64,000 nt of DNA. Source: Escherichia phage GEP001. Both the position numbers and the translations under genes were made by a program. The notes beneath the pieces were generated by a model that worked only from the letters and a program-made list of their open reading frames with translations, had not been told where the DNA came from and did no database searches. The stretch is taken from sequence record PV173775, one strand, 5' to 3'. Below, one piece after another: positions 1 to 8,124 of this stretch; position 1 is the first letter of the stretch, and the number at the start of each line of letters is the position of its first letter.

Positions 1-2
1 TA

Positions 3-215
3 ACAACCGGATGCAGCGGAGAATATCCATACGGTTCTGGAATAAATCTAGGGCCCATTCTGAATCATCAAGTCGCTGACTGTATAATTATATTCAACAC
101 TAAAGAAATTCATCCAGGTGTCATCCAGTACACTCCGAAGTTCATCGGTGATAGAGAAGACCTTCGCAAGGTTGTAAGAAAAAGCAACTACAACGGATGG
201 TATCTTTCCATTTAA
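3..215 (+). CDS. 3' end of an ORF that begins upstream of the window (70 codons to TAA); small early gene of the denB-ndd interval
   Basis: Frame 3 open from window edge to stop at 213-215; no start codon inside window. Confidence 0.3.
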   Translation, partial: TTGCSGEYPYGSGINLGPILNHQVADCIIIFNTKEIHPGVIQYTPKFIGDREDLRKVVRKSNYNGWYLSI

Positions 216-231
216 AAATTTTCACAAAACG

Positions 232-262
232 GTTTACATACCACAAGGACCGTGGTACTATA
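232..262 (+). promoter_or_regulatory. early (sigma70-type) promoter: GTTTAC -35, 18-nt spacer, TGgTACTAT extended -10
   Basis: Match to T4 early promoter consensus. Confidence 0.6.
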
Positions 263-288
263 CAACTATCAGCTACGGAGGAGTAAAA

Positions 289-552
289 ATGAAATTTAAA
301 TTTTATTACGCTAAACATAAAATAACTGATGAGTTTGTGTCAGTTGAATATTCTAGCGATGATGAAGGTATGATTTATACTCGCTTGGGACTATCGCATT
401 GGGAGTCTGATACGCCTTATTTTTCAACTCCTGAAGAAATTACACGCTTAGTTAATGGTCATATGAATGACCACTGGGATGTAATTCTTACAGATAGTCT
501 TAAAGCGGCTATTAATAGTAATGAAATGAAAATCGCTGAGATTGAACTATGA
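289..552 (+). CDS. hypothetical early protein, 87 aa
   Basis: ORF with GGAGG Shine-Dalgarno and early promoter 232-262 immediately upstream. Confidence 0.6.
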   Translation: MKFKFYYAKHKITDEFVSVEYSSDDEGMIYTRLGLSHWESDTPYFSTPEEITRLVNGHMNDHWDVILTDSLKAAINSNEMKIAEIEL

Positions 553-635
553 GTTCATTATGGTGGTGTTTTGTTTGGTTAATTAGTATTCCATTAATTT
601 GTTTAACATTTACTTTTGTGATGAGGTTATTATGA
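549..635 (+). CDS. tiny hydrophobic peptide, 28 aa
   Basis: ATGA start/stop overlap with upstream ORF; predicted single TM helix; very short so uncertain. Confidence 0.3.
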   Translation: MSSLWWCFVWLISIPLICLTFTFVMRLL

Positions 636-730
636 AAATTTTGAATTCTGTACTTATTGCTTGTGCGTGGTGGGTTGCGCAAGTTTCGGCAGTAGTGATT
701 GGTATTCACATTTATTACGAATATTTTTAA
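632..730 (+). CDS. tiny hydrophobic peptide, 32 aa
   Basis: ATGA overlap with preceding ORF, GAGG upstream; hydrophobic sequence. Confidence 0.3.
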   Translation: MKILNSVLIACAWWVAQVSAVVIGIHIYYEYF

Positions 731-737
731 AAAAGTT

Positions 738-767
738 GTTTACAAGACTGTTCCTCTGTGGTACTAT
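738..767 (+). promoter_or_regulatory. early promoter (GTTTAC / TGgTACTAT)
   Basis: Consensus match; followed by conserved leader cctatcaactacggagg. Confidence 0.6.
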
Positions 768-795
768 TACCCTATCAACTACGGAGGAACAGAAA

Positions 796-909
796 ATGAA
801 AAAGATTGTTAAAGCTATATGGAATGTAGTTATAATACTAGTAGTTTTGAGTATATTCCCAATCGTTTTAATGATTGATGTATTAAACGCTTACTTTGGA
901 TTTATGTGA
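796..909 (+). CDS. small membrane protein, 37 aa (short form of track ORF 661..909)
   Basis: ATG at 796 follows early promoter 738-767 and ACGGAGG ribosome site; hydrophobic. Confidence 0.5.
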   Translation: MKKIVKAIWNVVIILVVLSIFPIVLMIDVLNAYFGFM

Positions 910-916
910 GGAAAAT

Positions 917-1114
917 ATGAAGCGTAAACGCAGTGCTTTTACATTTATGGAATGGTTTTTCGATAATATTTTTCCAGCTTTATTCATTTTCATGCTGATT
1001 TTTGCCTTGGGTTCAGTTGTGGTTGGAATCTATTTGATGGCGGTTGTCGGAATGGATATTCACCAAAATGGTTTAAAATCTGTGGTTGAAACAATTTGGA
1101 ATGGTGTAAAATAA
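917..1114 (+). CDS. small membrane protein, 65 aa
   Basis: GAGG then ATG at 917; hydrophobic core. Confidence 0.5.
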   Translation: MKRKRSAFTFMEWFFDNIFPALFIFMLIFALGSVVVGIYLMAVVGMDIHQNGLKSVVETIWNGVK

Positions 1115-1221
1115 TGAATTTACTAAGCATTTGGTTTTATATTCTTGTATTTTACATTGGCGCAAATATCCCATATTGGATGGGATGGTCAACAACTGCA
1201 TTTGGATTTTATACTCCCTGA
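1114..1221 (+). CDS. small hydrophobic peptide, 35 aa
   Basis: TAATG coupling to upstream ORF; hydrophobic. Confidence 0.4.
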   Translation: MNLLSIWFYILVFYIGANIPYWMGWSTTAFGFYTP

Positions 1222-1229
1222 GGTGAATT

Positions 1230-1445
1230 ATGAAAATTTTTAAAGATGTAAAAGTTGGTGAAATTTTCTGTTTAGATAATGGTGATCAGTTAATTCGTAT
1301 TTCACCTCTTAAGAGCACTAGCGAGAAAATGACAGTTAACTCTACTTTAGCAAATAACAGTAATGAACGTTTCTGTATTGAAAATGATACTGAAACTTAT
1401 ACTGTAGAAGAATTCTGGGAATTAAGTGTCGACTGCGACGATTAA
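1230..1445 (+). CDS. hypothetical early protein, 71 aa (ndd.1-like position)
   Basis: ORF with GAGGTG ribosome site; position upstream of ndd. Confidence 0.6.
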   Translation: MKIFKDVKVGEIFCLDNGDQLIRISPLKSTSEKMTVNSTLANNSNERFCIENDTETYTVEEFWELSVDCDD

Positions 1446-1505
1446 TTTATCGGCCGTATGTATTCATGCGGCCTTGGAGTAGAAAATAATTTAGAGGAAA
1501 TCAAT

Positions 1506-1961
1506 ATGAAATACATGACTGTTACTGATCTGAATAATGCAGGCGCAACTGTTATTGGTACAATCAAGGGCGGTGAATGGGTTTTTGGAACTCCACATAA
1601 AGACATTTTGTCTAACCCTGGATTTTACTTTTTAGTGAGTAAATTTGGTGGTCCATTTGATAGTCCGTGTGTATCTGCGCGATTTTATGTAGGTAATCAG
1701 CGTTCTAAGCAAGGATTCAGCGCAGTTCTAAGTCATATTCGTCAGCGTCGGTCTCAGCTTGCGCGTACTATTGCAAATAACAATGTTCCATACACAGTAT
1801 TTTATCTACCTGCTTCTAAGATGAAACCTCTGACGACAGGATTTGGAAAGGGTCAGTTAGCTTTAGCGTTTACTCGTAATCATCATTCTGAGTATCAAAC
1901 ACTTGAAGAAATGAACCGTATGTTGGCTGATAACTTTAAATTTGTTTTGCAGGCATATTAA
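1506..1961 (+). CDS. ndd: nucleoid disruption protein Ndd (151 aa)
   Basis: Protein from [16 protein letters not shown] matches recalled T4 Ndd; start chosen at internal Met with GAGG upstream. Confidence 0.9.
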   Translation: MKYMTVTDLNNAGATVIGTIKGGEWVFGTPHKDILSNPGFYFLVSKFGGPFDSPCVSARFYVGNQRSKQGFSAVLSHIRQRRSQLARTIANNNVPYTVFYLPASKMKPLTTGFGKGQLALAFTRNHHSEYQTLEEMNRMLADNFKFVLQAY

Positions 1962-2038
1962 TGAGTAATTTCCATAATGAACATGTGATGCAGTTCTATC
2001 GTAACAATCTTAAAACTAAAGGCATCTTCGGACGCTAG
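1961..2038 (+). CDS. stp: Stp peptide (restriction/anticodon-nuclease modulating peptide), 25 aa
   Basis: [21 protein letters not shown]... matches recalled T4 Stp; TAATG coupling to ndd. Confidence 0.8.
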   Translation: MSNFHNEHVMQFYRNNLKTKGIFGR

Positions 2039-2048
2039 TGAGGAAAAT

Positions 2049-2204
2049 ATGAATATCGCAAAATTATTAGGAGTTATTTCATTTATTTGTTGGATAGTAG
2101 CATGTGTTTTAACTATCTGTATTGATGTCAGCAGCGTGTTTTCGCAAGCTTTAGCTCAGGGTATGTGTGCATGTTTAACATTTGCGTTGTTATCTAATGA
2201 TTAA
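2049..2204 (+). CDS. ac: Ac membrane protein (acriflavine sensitivity), 51 aa
   Basis: 51-aa hydrophobic ORF at the T4 ac position between stp and gene 52. Confidence 0.7.
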   Translation: MNIAKLLGVISFICWIVACVLTICIDVSSVFSQALAQGMCACLTFALLSND

Positions 2205-2337
2205 GAAAATCTTGGGCTACTCAGTAGCCCTTGCTGCTTTACTGGTAGCACTATATTATGGAGTAATGTTCGGATTAATTCAAGTCGTGCTTTTCATTTC
2301 TGATGTTATTATGGCACTACATTCACTAGTATGGTAA
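2197..2337 (+). CDS. small membrane protein, 46 aa (52.1-like)
   Basis: Hydrophobic ORF overlapping ac stop, directly upstream of gene 52. Confidence 0.55.
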   Translation: MIKKILGYSVALAALLVALYYGVMFGLIQVVLFISDVIMALHSLVW

Positions 2338-2341
2338 ATTT

Positions 2342-3670
2342 ATGCAACTGAATAATCGCGATTTAAAAAGTATCATTGATAATGAAGCACTGGCTTATGC
2401 TATGTACACGGTTGAAAATCGTGCTATTCCAAATATGATTGATGGATTTAAGCCAGTCCAACGATTTGTTATTGCTCGAGCTCTTGATTTGGCGCGAGGA
2501 AATAAAGATAAGTTTCACAAACTCGCTTCTATTGCAGGTGGTGTAGCTGACCTTGGATATCATCATGGTGAAAACTCTGCGCAAGACGCGGGGGCTTTGA
2601 TGGCTAATACTTGGAATAATAACTTTCCTTTGTTAGATGGTCAAGGAAACTTTGGTTCTCGTACTGTTCAAAAAGCAGCAGCAAGTCGTTATATTTTTGC
2701 TCGTGTAAGTAAAAATTTCTATAACGTATATAAAGATACTGAATATGCTCCGGTACATCAAGATAAAGAACACATTCCGCCTGCTTTCTATTTGCCTATT
2801 ATTCCTACTGTTCTTCTTAATGGTGTTTCCGGTATTGCAACTGGTTATGCAACTTACATTCTTCCTCATAGTGTTTCTTCTGTTAAGAAAGCTGTATTAC
2901 AAGCTCTTCAAGGAAAGAAAGTAACTAAACCGAAAGTAGAATTCCCAGAATTTCGTGGTGAAGTCGTTGAAATTGACGGTCAATATGAAATTCGTGGAAC
3001 GTACAAGTTTACCTCACGAACCCAAATGAATATCACTGAGATTCCGTATAAGTATGATCGTGAAACTTATGTGAGTAAAATCTTAGACCCGCTTGAAGAT
3101 AAAGGCTTCATTACATGGGATGATGCTTGTGGTGAGCATGGCTTTGGCTTTAAAGTTAAATTCCGTAAAGAATATTCTTTGAGCGATAACGAAGAAGAAC
3201 GTCACGCGAAAATTATGAAAGACTTCGGGTTGATTGAGCGTCGTTCCCAGAATATTACCGTTATTAATGAGAAAGGAAAGCTGCAAGTTTACGATAACGT
3301 AGTTGATTTAATTAAAGACTTTGTTGAAGTTCGTAAAACTTATGTCCAAAAACGAATTGATAATAAAATCAAAGAAACTGAATCAGCATTTCGTTTAGCC
3401 TTTGCCAAGGCACATTTCATTAAGAAAGTGATTTCGGGTGAAATTGTTGTACAAGGTAAAACTCGCAAAGAACTGACCGAAGAACTTTCTAAAATTGAGA
3501 TGTATTCTTCTTATGTTGATAAACTAGTCGGAATGAATATTTTTCATATGACTTCTGATGAAGCAAAGAAACTTGCTGAAGAAGCTAAAGCTAAGAAAGA
3601 AGAAAACGAATATTGGAAAACTACTGATGTAGTTACAGAATACACCAAAGATTTAGAGGAAATCAAATGA
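2342..3670 (+). CDS. 52: DNA topoisomerase II medium subunit gp52 (442 aa)
   Basis: Length and sequence match recalled T4 gp52. Confidence 0.95.
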   Translation: MQLNNRDLKSIIDNEALAYAMYTVENRAIPNMIDGFKPVQRFVIARALDLARGNKDKFHKLASIAGGVADLGYHHGENSAQDAGALMANTWNNNFPLLDGQGNFGSRTVQKAAASRYIFARVSKNFYNVYKDTEYAPVHQDKEHIPPAFYLPIIPTVLLNGVSGIATGYATYILPHSVSSVKKAVLQALQGKKVTKPKVEFPEFRGEVVEIDGQYEIRGTYKFTSRTQMNITEIPYKYDRETYVSKILDPLEDKGFITWDDACGEHGFGFKVKFRKEYSLSDNEEERHAKIMKDFGLIERRSQNITVINEKGKLQVYDNVVDLIKDFVEVRKTYVQKRIDNKIKETESAFRLAFAKAHFIKKVISGEIVVQGKTRKELTEELSKIEMYSSYVDKLVGMNIFHMTSDEAKKLAEEAKAKKEENEYWKTTDVVTEYTKDLEEIK

Positions 3671-3816
3671 GTCCATTCATTGGTATTACAAGTGCGGCGT
3701 TAGTATCTGGTAGCATTTTACTGGCGGGTTTAGGCGTTGTTCCAGCCGTAGCAGGAGGTCTTCTTGCGTTCGGCATTCAACGTGTTATCATGACAGTTAT
3801 CACAGTCATGCAGTAA
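3667..3816 (+). CDS. small membrane protein, 49 aa
   Basis: ATGA overlap with gene 52 stop; Gly/Ala-rich hydrophobic peptide. Confidence 0.5.
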   Translation: MSPFIGITSAALVSGSILLAGLGVVPAVAGGLLAFGIQRVIMTVITVMQ

Positions 3817-3817
3817 T

Positions 3818-3870
3818 TTTAGGGAGAGCCTCGGCTCTCCAAAGCATACTGTGGTACTATACAACTATCA
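3818..3870 (+). promoter_or_regulatory. stem-loop (ggagagcc..ggctctcc) plus extended -10 element upstream of motA; resembles the promoter-early-stem-loop (PeSL) cassettes described in T4-type phages
   Basis: Hairpin 3823-3840 followed by 31-mer shared with 20406-20436. Confidence 0.5.
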
Positions 3871-3901
3871 AATACTGATACAGAATTACGGAGATTAGAA
3901 A

Positions 3902-4537
3902 ATGTCTAAAGTAACTTACATCATCAAAGCTTCTAACGATGTTCTGAATGAAAAAACTGCTGCGATTTTAATTACCATTGCTAAGAAAGATTTCATTACA
4001 GCTGCAGAAGTTCGTGAGGTGCATCCAGATTTAGGTAATGCAGTAGTTAATAGTAATATTGGGGTATTGATTAAAAAAGGCCTAGTGGAGAAATCCGGTG
4101 ATGGATTAATCATTACAGGTGAAGCTCAGGATATTATTTCAAATGCGGCAACTTTATACGCACAGGAAAACGCTCCTGAACTGCTGAAAAAACGAGCAAC
4201 TCGTAAAGCTCGCGAAATTACTTCTGATATGGAAGAAGATAAAGACTTCATGTTAAAACTTTTAGATGAAAATGGATTTGTTCTTAAAAAAGTTGAAACT
4301 TATCGTAGTAACTATCTCGCTATTTTAGAAAAACGCACTCACGGAATTCGCAATTTTGAAATTAACAACAATGGAAATATGCGAATTTTTGGATACAAAA
4401 TGATGGAACATCATATTCAGAAATTTACTGATATCGGAATGTCATGTAAAATCGCTAAAAACGGTAATGTGTATCTTGACATTAAACGCTCGGCAGAAAA
4501 CATTGAAGCTGTAATCACCGTAGCATCTGAACTGTGA
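3902..4537 (+). CDS. motA: middle-transcription activator MotA (211 aa)
   Basis: Sequence and length match recalled T4 MotA. Confidence 0.95.
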   Translation: MSKVTYIIKASNDVLNEKTAAILITIAKKDFITAAEVREVHPDLGNAVVNSNIGVLIKKGLVEKSGDGLIITGEAQDIISNAATLYAQENAPELLKKRATRKAREITSDMEEDKDFMLKLLDENGFVLKKVETYRSNYLAILEKRTHGIRNFEINNNGNMRIFGYKMMEHHIQKFTDIGMSCKIAKNGNVYLDIKRSAENIEAVITVASEL

Positions 4538-4547
4538 GGAATAAATA

Positions 4548-4877
4548 ATGAACAAGTTAGAAATTATCAATGAACTTCGTCGTTGTGCAGAACCTACTCA
4601 AGAGGGATGGGGCATCTGGTACCACGGGGCTTATCTTGGAACTATCGTAAAGATTAAGACCGGTAAATACATGATTATTCGTGAAAGTAAAGATGCTCCA
4701 GTAGGTATTCGCAATAATTTTATGGCAGCGATAAGTTCATTTACGGATGCAGCTTACGAAATTTACCTTGCTGATTATAAAGAATTCCAGGAATCTCAAC
4801 CAGTTATTCGCTCAATTGGTGTTAACAAAGCTCAACAGAAAACTTTGTGGCAGCGTATTAAAGGATGGTTTAAATGA
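4548..4877 (+). CDS. hypothetical early protein, 109 aa
   Basis: ORF with ribosome site, translationally coupled to next ORF. Confidence 0.7.
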   Translation: MNKLEIINELRRCAEPTQEGWGIWYHGAYLGTIVKIKTGKYMIIRESKDAPVGIRNNFMAAISSFTDAAYEIYLADYKEFQESQPVIRSIGVNKAQQKTLWQRIKGWFK

Positions 4878-5335
4878 ATCCATTTATTAATCGTTTAAAA
4901 ATGCTGAATGTTCCTTTATCTCGTGAAACTCCAGAAAGTCTTGTTCAAAAATTTAAAGCACATGGTTATAAATGCACAGAAGAAGATATTCTTGCAGAAG
5001 TTCCGGAAATTTGTTGGCAAACCGCATACTGGGATGAAAACCAAAAGTACCAACGACGGATTGTTTGCGCAGCCAACCGTTTTAAATTAAAAGATGGACG
5101 AACTCTTGTTATTCCAGGTGCTCGTCATTATTCTAAAGATATGGCAGCAGTTTTAGATGTAGTTAAACCCCAATTAGTTACTCAGCAAGTTTGTGATGAT
5201 GACCAAGGGTTTATTGACCAATATAGTAATTATTGGACACGTGAAGAAGCAATGATTATTGCAACTTACGCTGGACAAGTACGTATTGAACGCGGCGGTA
5301 GTGAAAAAGAACTTTACTCTGAGGACCTTTACTAA
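4874..5335 (+). CDS. hypothetical early protein, 153 aa
   Basis: ORF, ATGA overlap with upstream ORF. Confidence 0.7.
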   Translation: MNPFINRLKMLNVPLSRETPESLVQKFKAHGYKCTEEDILAEVPEICWQTAYWDENQKYQRRIVCAANRFKLKDGRTLVIPGARHYSKDMAAVLDVVKPQLVTQQVCDDDQGFIDQYSNYWTREEAMIIATYAGQVRIERGGSEKELYSEDLY

Positions 5336-5403
5336 TGAATATTAAAAAGTTTCAAATTGATGGAATTACTAATCAAATCCAGGCGTTGTAATATGCCAAT
5401 AAA

Positions 5404-5631
5404 ATGATGTCAACTAATTGGGGAATTTATGCTAATGAACCTGCATTTCAGTTTTGTGATATGGAATTAACTAAAAAGCTCGTAGGAAAAGATTATGTAT
5501 GTCCATTTAGTTCCCCAATAAATGGAATGTTAAAACCTGCTTTACGCGATCTTTATATTGCGATGAACGAAGAGATGATAAAAGAGCTAAAACGTCAACT
5601 GAAGGTGATTCAATTTGGCCAGGGAAATTAA
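5404..5631 (+). CDS. hypothetical protein, 75 aa
   Basis: ORF in the arn-motA interval. Confidence 0.55.
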   Translation: MMSTNWGIYANEPAFQFCDMELTKKLVGKDYVCPFSSPINGMLKPALRDLYIAMNEEMIKELKRQLKVIQFGQGN

Positions 5632-5833
5632 TTCAAAATCCGATTATTTTAACTCTCTCAATGATAAAGATAAAAATCTAATACGGCACTTTATCGTTGA
5701 GATGGGATATACTGACACACGTGATTTAAGAGAACATATATTTGAATGTGGTGTAGCTAAAAAGTTTTCATTCACATGCAAATGTTTAAGAGAGGTGATT
5801 CAGCACTATGAACAATTTAGTCGCAAAACATAA
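5615..5833 (+). CDS. hypothetical protein, 72 aa
   Basis: ORF overlapping previous by 17 nt. Confidence 0.5.
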   Translation: MAREINSKSDYFNSLNDKDKNLIRHFIVEMGYTDTRDLREHIFECGVAKKFSFTCKCLREVIQHYEQFSRKT

Positions 5834-5916
5834 TTTTAATAAAGCTTCTGTTCATAAAGATAAGAAGAAAGCGTTTAAAGAATCTAATCGCAAACAGAAA
5901 CATAAGGGGAAGGTCT

Positions 5917-6195
5917 ATGATTATTGATTCTCAATCTGTGGTTCAATATACAATCAAAATTGATATTCTAGAAAAGCTATATAAGTTTCTACCAAATTTA
6001 TACCACTCAATTGTTAATGAATTAGTTGAAGAACTACATCTTGAGAATAATGATTTCTTGGTTGGAACTTATAAAGACCTCTCAAAAGCAGGATATTTTT
6101 ACGTAATTCCAGCTCCAGGAAAAAGTATTGATGATGTATTAAAAACTATAATGATTTACGTCCATGATTACGAAATTGAAGATTATTTCGAATGA
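5917..6195 (+). CDS. arn: anti-restriction nuclease Arn (92 aa)
   Basis: 92-aa ORF immediately upstream of asiA as in T4; sequence consistent with recalled Arn. Confidence 0.8.
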   Translation: MIIDSQSVVQYTIKIDILEKLYKFLPNLYHSIVNELVEELHLENNDFLVGTYKDLSKAGYFYVIPAPGKSIDDVLKTIMIYVHDYEIEDYFE

Positions 6196-6344
6196 GTCAT
6201 AATCTTGAAAAGGTAATCGAGCATAATGTAGCTCAGGAACGTGAGTCGTTCAAGGAATTCGTAGAAAAAATTTTTGAAGAAAATAACACAGACCAGTTTA
6301 CAAATCAAGTGTCTGATGGTATTATAATAAAGTCAACTAATTGA
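6192..6344 (+). CDS. hypothetical small acidic protein, 50 aa
   Basis: ATGA overlap with arn stop; between arn and asiA. Confidence 0.45.
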   Translation: MSHNLEKVIEHNVAQERESFKEFVEKIFEENNTDQFTNQVSDGIIIKSTN

Positions 6345-6356
6345 GTGGTATAGTTA

Positions 6357-6629
6357 ATGAATAAAAACATTGATACAGTTCGTGAAATTATTACTGTTGC
6401 GTCTATTTTGATTAAATTTTCCAGAGAAGATATTGTTGAGAATCGTGCTAATTTTATTGCATTTCTGAATGAGATTGGAGTAACGCATGAAGGTAGAAAG
6501 TTAAATCAGAATTCATTCCGTAAAATTGTTTCTGAATTAACCCAAGAAGATAAGAAAACCCTCATCGACGAATTCAACGAGGGTTTTGAGGGTGTATATC
6601 GATATCTAGAGATGTATACAAACAAATAA
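6357..6629 (+). CDS. asiA: anti-sigma70 factor AsiA (90 aa)
   Basis: Sequence matches recalled T4 AsiA. Confidence 0.95.
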   Translation: MNKNIDTVREIITVASILIKFSREDIVENRANFIAFLNEIGVTHEGRKLNQNSFRKIVSELTQEDKKTLIDEFNEGFEGVYRYLEMYTNK

Positions 6630-7286
6630 TTATTTAGCCCTTCCTAATATTCTGGCCGCCTGAGAACATATTGATTCAAGGCGGTCATTACTTATATGAT
6701 CATTTCTATACCAGTACATGGTTATTGTTCCAGCATAGATATTATCCAAATTGAAATATGGACAACTATACATGTAATTTATTTCGGGAGTAGGCTTTTT
6801 AGTTGGTAAAAAAGCAAATTTTGAATTGGAATAATAGTGACGTCCATTTAAATGAACTGTATATTCATCCATAGTTTTATCAACAGGATATCCTCCAAGT
6901 GATTTTTCGCTTATTGTTGAAGGTAATTTTCCTTCATATGCTATGATATCAACAAAATAGTTTAAGTTTTTAGGGCGGAAAGAATACACCGCACTAAAGT
7001 CTGCCTCAGATGATATATGAACTATCTGGAGTTGTTCCAGGGCGACAGATTCAAAGCGTGCATTTCTTTCCTTTTCAATAATTTCACTGTATGTTTCATA
7101 CTTTGATTGCTTATAGTACTCAAAGAAACTATCTCCCCTATACCAAACAATCGCCATCATAAATAAAAGAATTACGACAGCTACTCGGGAAGCAAGAACC
7201 TTCCCGGTAGCGTTATCTTTGAACAAGCGATCTAGAACACCCAACAGAATATCAGAGGGCGAAAATGATATTCTAGGTGCTGCCAT
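6630..7286 (-). CDS. t: holin T (218 aa)
   Basis: Sequence matches recalled T4 holin t (MAAPRISFSPSDIL..., single TM). Confidence 0.95.
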   Translation of the reverse strand: MAAPRISFSPSDILLGVLDRLFKDNATGKVLASRVAVVILLFMMAIVWYRGDSFFEYYKQSKYETYSEIIEKERNARFESVALEQLQIVHISSEADFSAVYSFRPKNLNYFVDIIAYEGKLPSTISEKSLGGYPVDKTMDEYTVHLNGRHYYSNSKFAFLPTKKPTPEINYMYSCPYFNLDNIYAGTITMYWYRNDHISNDRLESICSQAARILGRAK

Positions 7287-7316
7287 AGACCCTCCTTTTA
7301 AGGATATTTATTCAAA

Positions 7317-8105
7317 TTATACTCTTGGACCATATATTGCTCCAACGTTTTGCCATGTCGGTGTAGACCCTATGACGGCATAACCAGCAGCACCGCCATC
7401 GTATTCATATCCTTGACCACGAATATTACATCTACCTCCTGCGGAGCCAACTTCACCACCAGACCCGCCGCTATAGATACCGTTCACAGACCCTGCGCCA
7501 GGCGCAGAAATAGTACCAGCAGTTGCTCCTGATTGCATATCAATAGATCCGCCGGGCGCGCCAAACGGACGACCGCCGCCACCGCCAAAGGTCAATCTCA
7601 TTTGTGAAAAAGGAGAATAATATCCGCCGCCACCGCCGCCGCCGCCGCCAGCAATAGCTCCGCCATTATTAATTCTTAGTCTCCCACCAATATCATTTTG
7701 AATACAATGACCCCCAGCTGAGCCAGGACTATTGCTACCGCCATTCCCGCCACGGCCATACATCGTTACACCATGTATATTCAGTTGAACATATTCATTC
7801 GGTGTATCTCCGTACATGAAGAATAAAGGAACATCTTTAGAATATGATACTAAATCTCCAGTGATATTAAACACTATAGGTGCACTACCTGCCTCAAAAC
7901 ATCTATCTCGGAACCATTGGCCATTGAAGTTATGGTCTGCTCCAAGCGTGTGAATTATTTCAACAGATCGACCTATCATATTACTCATCCAGAACGGAAT
8001 GCCCATTCTTAATCGTTGGGCCGCGCCACCCATCCAATTTTGTCCTGTATTAACTACTGCAGACGATCCTACCCACGGTCCTGTTACTGCCATATAAACC
8101 TCCAA
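7317..8105 (-). CDS. 38: long tail fibre tip adhesin gp38, T2-type (262 aa, glycine-rich motifs)
   Basis: Position downstream of gene 37; poly-Gly motifs flanking variable segments typical of T2-like gp38 adhesins; T4 gp38 is 183 aa. Confidence 0.85.
   Translation of the reverse strand: MEVYMAVTGPWVGSSAVVNTGQNWMGGAAQRLRMGIPFWMSNMIGRSVEIIHTLGADHNFNGQWFRDRCFEAGSAPIVFNITGDLVSYSKDVPLFFMYGDTPNEYVQLNIHGVTMYGRGGNGGSNSPGSAGGHCIQNDIGGRLRINNGGAIAGGGGGGGGGYYSPFSQMRLTFGGGGGRPFGAPGGSIDMQSGATAGTISAPGAGSVNGIYSGGSGGEVGSAGGRCNIRGQGYEYDGGAAGYAVIGSTPTWQNVGAIYGPRV
7624..7649 (-). repeat. GGC/GCC trinucleotide tract encoding poly-Gly in gp38
   Basis: ccgccgccaccgccgccgccgccgcc on + strand; second shorter tract at 7573-7586. 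Confidence 0.8.
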
Positions 8106-8119
8106 GGGGCCGAAGCCCC
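8106..8119 (-). other. stem-loop in the gene 37 / gene 38 junction (ggggc-uucg-gcccc on mRNA)
   Basis: Hairpin immediately upstream of gene 38 ribosome site. Confidence 0.5.
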
Positions 8120-8124
8120 TCTTA

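Noticed and set aside
661-909. 82-aa ORF from the six-frame track
   Set aside because: The long form reads through the early promoter at 738-767 and its leader; the 37-aa form starting at 796 after the ribosome site is more plausible.
7287-7316. Possible late promoter for holin t
   Set aside because: Only near-matches (aataaatat) to TATAAATA on the minus strand; not exact, so not reported as a feature.
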